From Nitrospinota bacterium (GTDB lineage: Bacteria > Nitrospinota > Nitrospinia > Nitrospinales > VA-1), in the NCBI GenBank assembly GCA_027619975.1, contig JAQCGX010000009.1:5813-69812 (forward strand): a stretch of DNA of 64,000 nt, written 5' to 3'. How positions within the stretch are numbered: position 1 is the stretch's first letter; the number at the start of each line of letters is the position of its first letter. Under the pieces are notes generated by a model, which worked only from the letters and a program-made list of their open reading frames with translations, was not told where the DNA came from and made no database searches. Shown here piece after piece: positions 51,717 through 59,206 of the stretch. A program made the position numbers and the translations under genes.

Positions 51717-51920
51717 AAGCACCTCCTGCTTCAAGTTTATCCCAAACCCTCAACTCTAATATAGTTCCATTCTGAAATTTGGCAACTTATTTTTCTTACA
51801 AGTTGAAGAAACTTAAAAATACAAATAACTTATTTAAATTCAATATTTTATGTAAATTTCACCTGGAAAAAATGGGTTTAAATTTCCACATCAAAAACAA
51901 TTCTTTCAGAGGGAAATCCT

Positions 51921-52157
51921 AAAAAAAAACGCGCTACCTGCCCGGCAACGCGTTTTTTCTCTTTTTAAGCCCCGAGGCCAATTCCCACTCGGGTATGTCC
52001 AGGATTATAGATGGACCTTTTAATTTTATTTTTTAACTTCTATTTTAATTTTTTACAACCTTGAATGGTGGACTTGCTTCTTCCATAAGCACCTCCTGGT
52101 TCAAGTTAGCCTTAAACTCTTCACTAACCAATATAGTTCTGTCTACCGATTTCGCAA
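51921..52157 (-). repeat. micro-gene module copy 2 (promoter to terminator)
   Basis: It contains -35 TTGCGA (52157-52152), a 16-nt spacer, -10 TATATT (52135-52130) and an AGGAGG SD. These are followed by a 13-codon ORF, a near-identical 3' segment (51955-52035 vs 51601-51680), and a weaker hairpin with A9/T6 runs. Confidence 0.8.
52045..52086 (-). CDS. 13-codon micro-ORF MEEASPPFKVVKN
   Basis: The SD and ATG context match copy 1. An insertion of about 19 nt after codon 9 changes the C-terminus. Confidence 0.4.
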   Translation of the reverse strand: MEEASPPFKVVKN

Positions 52158-52217
52158 CCTTTTTTTATGAAAATAAAATAAAATAATAATCCATATAACA
52201 TAAATATAATCAATATC

Positions 52218-54353
52218 TTAACCCTTAATCATCCGGGAGAATGGCTTTGTGCCCACCAGCATCAAATCGTCTTCGGCACGGGTGATGGCTACGTACAGCA
52301 TATTTCGGCTTTCGGGCCGGGTTTGGGGATAATTTTCCTCGGTAGGCTCGACAATACAGACCGCATCAAACTCCAGGCCCTTCACCTGATGAACATTGGT
52401 GACTATGATTCCGGGCTCAAAGGAAAACTGGTCCCGGTGGCCCAGGCGAAGCCCTTCGGGAATCATTTCATCCAGATCTTCTTTTAACTCCATCGCCTGC
52501 TTGGGAGAACGGCAAATGAGAGCTATCAGCTTGTTGGGTTTACCGGCTTGAACCGTCTCTACCCAATGAGTGATTGTTTCCAGCAGTTCGTCCTTATCTT
52601 CTACGTTTTGAAAGAGCGGTTTCGTCCCCTGCCGACCCTCCACAACTTTATTATCGCCTGCCACTCGGCTGGCGAGCGTCATGATCTGGGCTGTGCACCG
52701 GAAGGAGATTTCCAAACGGATCAAATCGCTTTCCTCAAGGTTCAGACTGTCGATGATTTTTTCCCAGCCGATAAATCGTCTGGCAAATAATATTTTCTGA
52801 CTGACATCGCCAACGATTGTCAAATTGCGCCGGTCCTTGACCGCTTGCACCATGATGGCGAATTCAACGGGGCCAAAATCCTGAGCTTCATCAATAACCA
52901 AATGATCCAGCAAAGTGATCTCATCGTTTTTGCCAGGCAATCCACCGTTTTTAAGCTGGATATTATACAAAATCAAGGACATGTCGAAATAATCGAGGTT
53001 TTTATTTTTGCGATTTTTTTCCGTTCGGTCCCGCAAATATTCCAGGTGGTAATCAAGCTTTTGATCTGGCTTGAGATGAGAGCGCAAATGATCTGAATCG
53101 GCCAACAGATCGTAAATATCGTTTATATAGTCTTCCATTTTGCCCATCAGGGAGCGCAAGGAAATAAGAAGATCATTTTTATCCTTATCGGGTATTTTCG
53201 CGCCCTTGACCTCATGTATAAAGTTTCTGATCCGGGGGAGAACGGCGTCATCCCGCCCCTGGTCCCAATGTTTAATGAGGCTGGTCCAACGGGAAGAATT
53301 CTCTCTAATCCAGTGATCGGTTGTCTGCGTTTGTTTTTTCACCTGCCCGGCAATGGCCGACAGAATTTCTTCTGAGAATTTTATTTTTTCAACAAAATCA
53401 GGGAGCTGGTGGAATTTAAATAATGCCTTCCCCTTGGTTAACCTGCGAATGATCGAAAGCGCCCAACCGTTGAAGGTCGAAGTTTCCACATTATGGATTC
53501 CCATGGAAGGAAGCGTTGAATCCACGTATATCTGCAAAGACTTATTCATCACCAGGACGCGGGTTTTTTCGGGACTGGCAAAAGAATTTTCCTCATGCAG
53601 TAACCAGGCGAGGCGATGCAGGGCGACCGTTGTTTTTCCAGACCCCGCAGAACCTTGAATAATCACCGGACGATCGGGATCGGTGGTGATGAGTTCAAAC
53701 TGATCTTTGGTGATTAGAGACAGTATGTTGGGAAGCTTTTTATCCGAAGAACCGACTTTCCGTGACCGGTGCGCGGCAATTTCCGCATCGACATCCAGTT
53801 TTAGCCACCCGTTATCACTCCAGTGATACACGGCTTCCGGAGTATCTATCTGAACCAGTTTTCCTCCTTCGATCTGATAAGAACGTCGCAACTTGATTTT
53901 ACCGCTACGCTCCCTTTCATTGATTTCCTCGAAAAATTCTTCTCCCTGCTTGTAATTGAAATAGAGAGCGGAGATCGGACCGTTACGCCAATCGACTATC
54001 CCCGATTCAATGTTGCTCTTTTTTCCGATCAGAAAAGCCACTTCCTTACCGTCATCCTCGGAGGTCACCACCCGGCCAAAATAGGGCTCGCGGATCAACT
54101 CTAACAACGTTTGATCGCTTTCCTTGCGAATATCGGAAATCCTATGGGCCACGGCCTCATCTGAAACCAACGGCTGTCTTTCCTCATGATTCCATTCGCC
54201 GACCATTTGTTGCGTCAACTCCCGCGCCAGAATATTGGCTGATATTTTAGAAGCCTGCACCTGAGGGAGTTCCTTGCACAATGATTCTATAGTCCTGCTA
54301 AAAAGAGTTTCCTCTTCTTCAATAAGCTTTTTTTCGTCTTCCGATAGTTCCAT
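52218..54353 (-). CDS. UvrD/Rep-superfamily helicase, HelD/helicase IV-like
   Basis: Walker A is GSAGSGKTTVALHRLAWLL. It also has LVIDEAQDF and VHQVKGLEFDAV, and an N-terminal helical region before the helicase core. The start is either MELSEDEKK at 54353 (AGGAA upstream) or the ATG at 54410. Confidence 0.8.
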   Translation of the reverse strand: MELSEDEKKLIEEEETLFSRTIESLCKELPQVQASKISANILARELTQQMVGEWNHEERQPLVSDEAVAHRISDIRKESDQTLLELIREPYFGRVVTSEDDGKEVAFLIGKKSNIESGIVDWRNGPISALYFNYKQGEEFFEEINERERSGKIKLRRSYQIEGGKLVQIDTPEAVYHWSDNGWLKLDVDAEIAAHRSRKVGSSDKKLPNILSLITKDQFELITTDPDRPVIIQGSAGSGKTTVALHRLAWLLHEENSFASPEKTRVLVMNKSLQIYVDSTLPSMGIHNVETSTFNGWALSIIRRLTKGKALFKFHQLPDFVEKIKFSEEILSAIAGQVKKQTQTTDHWIRENSSRWTSLIKHWDQGRDDAVLPRIRNFIHEVKGAKIPDKDKNDLLISLRSLMGKMEDYINDIYDLLADSDHLRSHLKPDQKLDYHLEYLRDRTEKNRKNKNLDYFDMSLILYNIQLKNGGLPGKNDEITLLDHLVIDEAQDFGPVEFAIMVQAVKDRRNLTIVGDVSQKILFARRFIGWEKIIDSLNLEESDLIRLEISFRCTAQIMTLASRVAGDNKVVEGRQGTKPLFQNVEDKDELLETITHWVETVQAGKPNKLIALICRSPKQAMELKEDLDEMIPEGLRLGHRDQFSFEPGIIVTNVHQVKGLEFDAVCIVEPTEENYPQTRPESRNMLYVAITRAEDDLMLVGTKPFSRMIKG

Positions 54354-54588
54354 TCTAATTCCTGTCACGTGATAGGCAAAAATCCTGTAAATTCCAAGAC
54401 CTGAACCCATTAATGTAGATTAGATACTCCCGTGCGGTCAATGGAAAAGTCGAAATTTTAAGGGTTAGTTTTATCGCCCCCCTATCCTCGAAACTTGCCC
54501 TTTCAAACTCTGCCAGAGTTCTATATGATAAAAGGGAATTTTTGTATGTATTTTAAGCCCAAACACTTATCGCTTTTCAGGAGCAATC

Positions 54589-55479
54589 ATGAAAACCTAT
54601 GAAGATCTGGCGGGAGATGGCGGTTCCAACATCATCAGCCAGGTGGTGTCCCAAAGGGAGAAACTCCGCTCCCGGCTGGACAAAATAAAGCACAAGGTCG
54701 CTTTAATGAGCGGCAAAGGCGGCGTTGGTAAAAGTTCAATAACAGCCAATATTGCCGCTTGTCTTGCAGATCAGGGTCACAGCGTCGGAATTTTAGACGC
54801 GGACCTGAACGGCCCTAGTATCGGTCATCTGCTTGGGGTGGGAAATGAGCGGAAACTTGAAATTGACGAGCAAGGGATTCAACCCGGAGCGGGAGCTATG
54901 GGTATCAAAATCATGTCTATGGATATGCTGGTGGCCAGCCCGGACACTCCGGTTATGTGGACCGAGGATGGAGGAGCCACATCGACTTGGGTCAGTACCA
55001 TGGAATCGACCGCGTTGCGTGAACTTCTGGCCGATACCAACTGGGGAGATCTCGATTATCTATTGATAGACATGCCGCCGGGAAGCGATCGTATCGACAA
55101 TATTCGCGACTTGATTCCTGAGTTGGCTGGTGTGGTCGAAATCACCATCCCTTCTCTGCTTTCTCAGCACATCGTTTCCAAGTCCATCACCAAGAACAAT
55201 ACGATGGGCGTTCCCATCATCGGGCTGATCGAAAACATGGCCACCTACGTGTGCCCGCATTGCGATCAGGAAGGAAAACTGTTTGAGGGCCAGGACGTTG
55301 AAAAGCTGACGGAAAGAAAGGGGATCAACTATATCGGAAAGATTCCTTTCGATACCCGAGTGTCCAGAAAAACAGATTCAGGAACATTATTTTATGCCGA
55401 GAACAAGGATTCCATAACGGGGAAAGCCATCGCCTCGGCAGTCAACTACATAACGAATTTTATAGAAAATAAATCCTAG
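54589..55479 (+). CDS. Mrp/NBP35/ApbC family Fe-S cluster carrier ATPase
   Basis: 296 aa with the deviant Walker A SGKGGVGKSS, DADLNGPS, and the CPHC cluster-binding motif. Confidence 0.88.
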   Translation: MKTYEDLAGDGGSNIISQVVSQREKLRSRLDKIKHKVALMSGKGGVGKSSITANIAACLADQGHSVGILDADLNGPSIGHLLGVGNERKLEIDEQGIQPGAGAMGIKIMSMDMLVASPDTPVMWTEDGGATSTWVSTMESTALRELLADTNWGDLDYLLIDMPPGSDRIDNIRDLIPELAGVVEITIPSLLSQHIVSKSITKNNTMGVPIIGLIENMATYVCPHCDQEGKLFEGQDVEKLTERKGINYIGKIPFDTRVSRKTDSGTLFYAENKDSITGKAIASAVNYITNFIENKS

Positions 55480-55487
55480 GGGGAACG

Positions 55488-55922
55488 ATGAAATTTCTTT
55501 GTATACCTTGCGATGCACAGATGGAAACTCAAACCGACGGCATCATGCCGGATGAGTCTAAAAATCTGTCCATGAAATTTAAGTGCAAAAAATGCGGCCA
55601 TATGATCGCCATGCTGACCAATAAATTTGAAACCGAGTTTGTCAGCAAACTGGGGGTCGAAGTTGGCGGCGCTTCCAGTGTGGGAACGGGACCTCTCAGC
55701 ATGGTTGGCTCGCAACTGGCCCAGGCTAAAAAAGAACTCGATAAGGGCAAACCGGAAGACAATCTCGTGTGGTCGGAGGAAGCTCAGCTACGGATCAAAA
55801 AAGTACCGTTTTTCGTCCGCAACATGGCGAAGAAAACCGTGATCAACTTTGCCCTCGAAAAAGGTGTCACCCTGATCGACGCCAAGTTAATGGATGAAGT
55901 CCGTGAAAAAGTGGGAATGTAA
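55488..55922 (+). CDS. zinc-ribbon + PCP_red (protochlorophyllide-reductase C-terminal-like) domain protein
   Basis: 144 aa with an N-terminal CIPC...CKKC ribbon. The C-terminal WSEEAQLRIKKVPFFVRNMAKKTVINFALEKG resembles the PF08369-type domain. It starts 9 nt after mrp. Confidence 0.6.
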   Translation: MKFLCIPCDAQMETQTDGIMPDESKNLSMKFKCKKCGHMIAMLTNKFETEFVSKLGVEVGGASSVGTGPLSMVGSQLAQAKKELDKGKPEDNLVWSEEAQLRIKKVPFFVRNMAKKTVINFALEKGVTLIDAKLMDEVREKVGM

Positions 55923-55937
55923 CAGCTTACACATGCG

Positions 55938-55982
55938 ACGGTTTCGCCCGGAATTGTAATCAAAACGTCCTGGCGAAACCGT
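55938..55982 (+). terminator. 11-bp hairpin just after the PCP_red gene (no clear U-tract)
   Basis: acggtttcgcc-N23-ggcgaaaccgt starts 16 nt after the stop at 55922. Confidence 0.3.
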
Positions 55983-56159
55983 TACCAGTCCGCGCAGTAT
56001 TTTTTGGGCGACCGATGCAACATTTTTTGCTTGAAGGCATTACAGATGAAAAATAAACCATCGTTCAGCACCTTAGTAAATTCTCTAACAGGTTGCTGAA
56101 AAACTATTTTTGGGACCTTAAAATGTTAATTTCAAGTTTACTGTTAATTTAAGAAAACC

Positions 56160-56189
56160 AGTAGCACAGCCTGGAAAGGCTGTGCTACT
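56160..56189. repeat. REP-like perfect palindrome related to the MITE core
   Basis: agtagcacagcc-TGGAAA-ggctgtgctact is a 12-bp stem. It has the same loop and a near-identical stem to acaggc-TGGAAA-gcctgt inside the elements at 58.7 and 60.8 kb. Confidence 0.4.
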
Positions 56190-56315
56190 TAAAAGCAAAA
56201 ACCTGTAAAACTTAACCCGCTGACGGATTTTTCTCTTTTTCAGCAACCTGCTAATTCCCCTTGTAGTTCATATAATGCCCCCCTTTTTAGTTCCTCTTTA
56301 CAGGGCCATAAAAAA

Positions 56316-56453
56316 ATGGAACCTTTTGCAGGGGCCATCCTTGACCAGGGTCTGGAAAACCTAAGGAACAGTTTGGAACAGGACATTAGAAAAACAGAAA
56401 TAACCGGAACAATCCGAGGAAAAAATACTCTGAGGCGGGACGAGTCCTCGTAA
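56316..56453 (+). CDS. possible 45-aa hydrophilic small protein
   Basis: The ATG ORF (MEPFAGAILDQGLENLRNSLEQDIRK...) has a perfect TATAAT at 56270-56275 upstream and a terminator 25 nt downstream. The SD is weak. Confidence 0.25.
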   Translation: MEPFAGAILDQGLENLRNSLEQDIRKTEITGTIRGKNTLRRDESS

Positions 56454-56477
56454 TATACGGGTTCCATGAAATGAATT

Positions 56478-56510
56478 AGGCGGGGCTTCGTGGCCTCGCC
56501 TTTTTATTTT
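56478..56510 (+). terminator. rho-independent terminator
   Basis: aggcgggg-cttcgtgg-cctcgcct followed by TTTTTATTTT. Confidence 0.6.
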
Positions 56511-56666
56511 ATGAACCTCTTTTCACAGTTGGAACAGCGCAACGCCTTAAAATATGCCATTTAAACACATATGAAATGCACCCTGATGAAACCCTCGCCC
56601 TCTTTACCAATCATTTTAGAAACCGTTCTGAAGGGCTGGCCACGCGCATCATCTACGGCAAAAGGC

Positions 56667-57032
56667 TCAATGCGAGCCTTCCTCCTTCTCGTGCTGAGAC
56701 CCCTCTTCCCTGCCGCTCATCATAGGATTTTCTGCCGGTCGTCCGAGTGATTCATTGGCGTGTTTGAGAGCTTCGTTATAATGCTTCAACGCCTCATTCG
56801 CATGTTTCAGGGATTCTTCGGCGTGCGTTTTCAGTTCTTCGCTGGCATCCGGCATTTTCAAGCTGAATTCCAAATGTTTTACCATCTCTTGAAGGTGGAG
56901 ATAGCCTTCTTCTCCATGACCTAAACCAACGCTGGCGTGAGCTCCCGCTTGCGCCCAACTCATCGACACCACTGATAAGGAAAAAATAATACCCGCTACC
57001 CCAATCAACCCACGTTGCAAAGTTCTATTCAT
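56667..57032 (-). CDS. secreted His-rich small metal-binding protein, SmbP-like
   Basis: 121 aa with a signal peptide ending SWAQA. It has heptad-like repeats: LKTHAEE SLKHANE ALKHYNE ALKHANE SL. This resembles the repeated H-x3-ALKHA pattern of Nitrosomonas SmbP. Confidence 0.5.
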   Translation of the reverse strand: MNRTLQRGLIGVAGIIFSLSVVSMSWAQAGAHASVGLGHGEEGYLHLQEMVKHLEFSLKMPDASEELKTHAEESLKHANEALKHYNEALKHANESLGRPAENPMMSGREEGSQHEKEEGSH

Positions 57033-57434
57033 GATTCATCCCCTGTATAAGGAATATTATGTTTGATTTTAATAACCTTTATTTAACCGCGTTTGAGTCA
57101 TCGTTCGCAAGAGGAAATAATTCAGTGAGAGCCGAGGATTGCATAACGGTTGTATATAAAAATCCTCCCCTCGACCAAAATTGAAATATAACAAACTCTA
57201 ATTTGTTCAATCCCCCCCTTTTTTTAAAGGGGAGACAATAAAGCCCCCTTTTAAAGAAGGGGGTTTGGGGGATTTGGAGCCTACCCCCCTCACCTCAATC
57301 CGTCACTTGGCAAGTGCTCCTTCAAGGGGGTGAGGAAGAAATCCTTAACGATGGCGAGTACTGTCCATAAACCCATTGAACGTTCATATTGAGTCCAGCC
57401 CCAGGCTGGTTGGGTCCAGCGTCACGCTGGGCAA

Positions 57435-57470
57435 CAAAAAAAGCCCCCGGAGAAAAATCTCCAGAGGCTT
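57435..57470 (-). terminator. rho-independent terminator after fliE
   Basis: On the minus strand agcctctggaga-tttt-tctccgggggct (one mismatch) is followed by T8. It begins 26 nt past the fliE stop. Confidence 0.75.
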
Positions 57471-57495
57471 TTTGAATGGTTTCTTTTCAAAAACT

Positions 57496-57816
57496 TTACA
57501 CTTGGGTACGCAATACTTCTTGGTAAGCTTCGACTATTTTGTTGCGCACCTGCATGGTCAATCGAAACGCCAGATCGGCCTTGTTGACGGCGATCATGGT
57601 TTCGGTGATATTCCGGGTCTCACCGGAAACAAAGTCCTTGATAGCCGCATCAGCTTCTTTTTGCAGATTATTCACCTTCTCCAGCGATTGGGTGAGGGTA
57701 TCCGCAAACGAGGGACCGTTCTGCCCGTTTTGAGAATCACTTCGCAGTTCGATCTTGCCGACCGCGCCGGGGCCTTGCAGAGCCTTCAGATTGCTTTGGA
57801 TGGTGATATCTTTCAC
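57496..57816 (-). CDS. fliE: flagellar hook-basal body complex protein FliE
   Basis: 106 aa with SFADTLTQSLEKVNNLQKEADAAIKDFVSGE...MIAVNKADLAFRLTMQVRNKIVEAYQEVL. Confidence 0.88.
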   Translation of the reverse strand: MKDITIQSNLKALQGPGAVGKIELRSDSQNGQNGPSFADTLTQSLEKVNNLQKEADAAIKDFVSGETRNITETMIAVNKADLAFRLTMQVRNKIVEAYQEVLRTQV

Positions 57817-57918
57817 GACTTCTTACCTAATATAAATGGTTGCTACCAAGTTAATCCCTAAACCTGTTTTTGTCAATCTATACCTGTTTCGGCTGTTTCA
57901 CCGAAATCAATTAACTAA

Positions 57919-58344
57919 TTATTGCGACGCCGATTCGGTGATGGCGCTTCTAACTGACGATCCTCGCTTCATCATCATTTGCGTTACCGCATTGAAGTCG
58001 ATCTGGTTCTCTGCCAGCTTAGCCATTTCATAATCGATATTCACATTATTGCCGTTTGATTTTGCCAGGTGCCCCTCTTCATAAGGAAGAGCAGAAATAC
58101 CCTGGACCGCTGTCTTACCCGGCCCGAAGTGTCTCTCATTCGTTGTGCGCAAATTGAGTTGAGAGCTACTGCCGATGGCGTCCCGCAACTGACTTTTAAA
58201 ATCCACATCGTGCGCCTTATAACCGGGAGTGTCCATCTGCGAGATATTATTGGAAATCAGAAGATGTCGACTGGAGTTGAAATCCAGACTCTTTTTCATC
58301 ATTGCAGGAACGGTATCTGAAAATAATAGTTTATCAATCAGCAT
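57919..58344 (-). CDS. flgB: flagellar basal-body rod protein FlgB
   Basis: 141 aa with SRHLLISNNISQMDTPGYKAHDVDF (the FlgB DTPGY signature) and a C-terminal NVNIDYEMAKLAENQIDFNA. Confidence 0.85.
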   Translation of the reverse strand: MLIDKLLFSDTVPAMMKKSLDFNSSRHLLISNNISQMDTPGYKAHDVDFKSQLRDAIGSSSQLNLRTTNERHFGPGKTAVQGISALPYEEGHLAKSNGNNVNIDYEMAKLAENQIDFNAVTQMMMKRGSSVRSAITESASQ

Positions 58345-58379
58345 GGCATCCTCATTATTGTTTAGTCGCTATATACAAA

Positions 58380-58394
58380 GCAAAATACGCGCCA
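58380..58394 (-). promoter_or_regulatory. sigma-54 (-24/-12) promoter of flgB-fliE
   Basis: The minus strand reads TGGCGCGTATTTTGC (TGG-N8-TTGC). The -12 element is about 37 nt upstream of the flgB ATG. Confidence 0.6.
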
Positions 58395-58693
58395 TATCGG
58401 CCGCCACCCTACTTATTTTTTACTAAAAAAATTCATTTGAATATTAACGATTTATATCATGAAATCGGCATTATCGGAACCACGAATTTGCGTGCCACAA
58501 ATTTTTGGGAATTTATTTCCCAACCTCAGGATGATAGAGAGAAATATCTTCCTACCTTGCAATTAAGCGAAATGCATTAACAAAAAAACCTGGTTACCGA
58601 CACCGATTACAAAAATGAAACTTATTAGTTTTGTGAAATTCATCTCTAAGACCGTTAAAGTATCGTATGACTAAAAACCTTGGAGTCACATAA

Positions 58694-58833
58694 GGACACC
58701 TCTAAAAATTAGTTTTTAAGTGGCACGGGCTTTCCAGCCCGTGCGAACAGGCTGGAAAGCCTGTCCCACTATAACAAAGACACTTCTTTGAATTGACGAT
58801 ATAAGAACATTTAGTCAATTTTTAGAGGTGCCC
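58694..58833. mobile_element. MITE-like element, copy A (140 bp)
   Basis: Terminal inverted repeats are GGACACCTCTAAAAATT and AATTTTTAGAGGTGCCC. It is flanked by ATAA on both sides (58690-58693, 58834-58837). The internal double palindrome is cacgggc-TTTCCA-gcccgtg / acaggc-TGGAAA-gcctgt. Confidence 0.75.
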
Positions 58834-59206
58834 ATAATTTCTGGATAAATCCTTACAGCAACCTTCACCCCTTGAAACAGCAATAAATATCCGTATAGCA
58901 AATATTACCTTTACCTTCCCTATAATATCAGCTAAACTGTAACAAATAAAGACTTCCTTACAACCCAGAAAAGTTATTATGGACGAACGGGTAAAAACCC
59001 CTTAGAATGGCAAAAATGAGGACTTTTCCTCGCCGATTACCTGTCTTCTATGACACTATTTCAGTGTTGAATTAAGAAGAAATGATTGCTTGTTCGCTGG
59101 TATTCAGCATATACCAGACCCGAACTTTGGAAACCTTCCCTAACCCACTAAATTTAATTCATTATCTATTGACCCACTTTCAATTAACCCTATTTAGGAG
59201 AAAAAG

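Larger units (their letters stand above)
51573..51785 (-). repeat. micro-gene module copy 1 (promoter to terminator)
   Basis: Direct repeat of 51921..52157. It contains -35 TTGCCA (51785-51780), a 16-nt spacer, -10 TATATT (51763-51758) and an AGGAGG SD. These are followed by a 13-codon ORF, a conserved 3' segment and a terminator. Confidence 0.8.

Noticed and set aside
51573-52157. Considered a CRISPR array or ordinary tandem repeat
   Set aside because: There are only two copies with a period of about 350-370 bp. Each copy has promoter, SD, ORF and terminator architecture, which is incompatible with CRISPR repeat-spacer structure.
56240-56467. 75-aa minus-strand ORF from the track
   Set aside because: It has no SD, no motifs and odd composition. 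The only clear signals in the region (a TATAAT box and a terminator) are on the plus strand.
57376-57861. 161-aa plus-strand ORF
   Set aside because: It is antisense to fliE and runs across the fliE terminator. It has no motifs.
58721-58737. TGGCACG inside the MITE as a sigma-54 -24 element
   Set aside because: The position where TTGC should be reads TTCC, so the -12 GC element is missing.
58838-59206. Looked for an SAH riboswitch upstream of ahcY
   Set aside because: The leader is AT-rich and lacks the GC-rich pseudoknot-forming conserved blocks I associate with SAH riboswitches. I could not run a covariance model, so absence is not proven.
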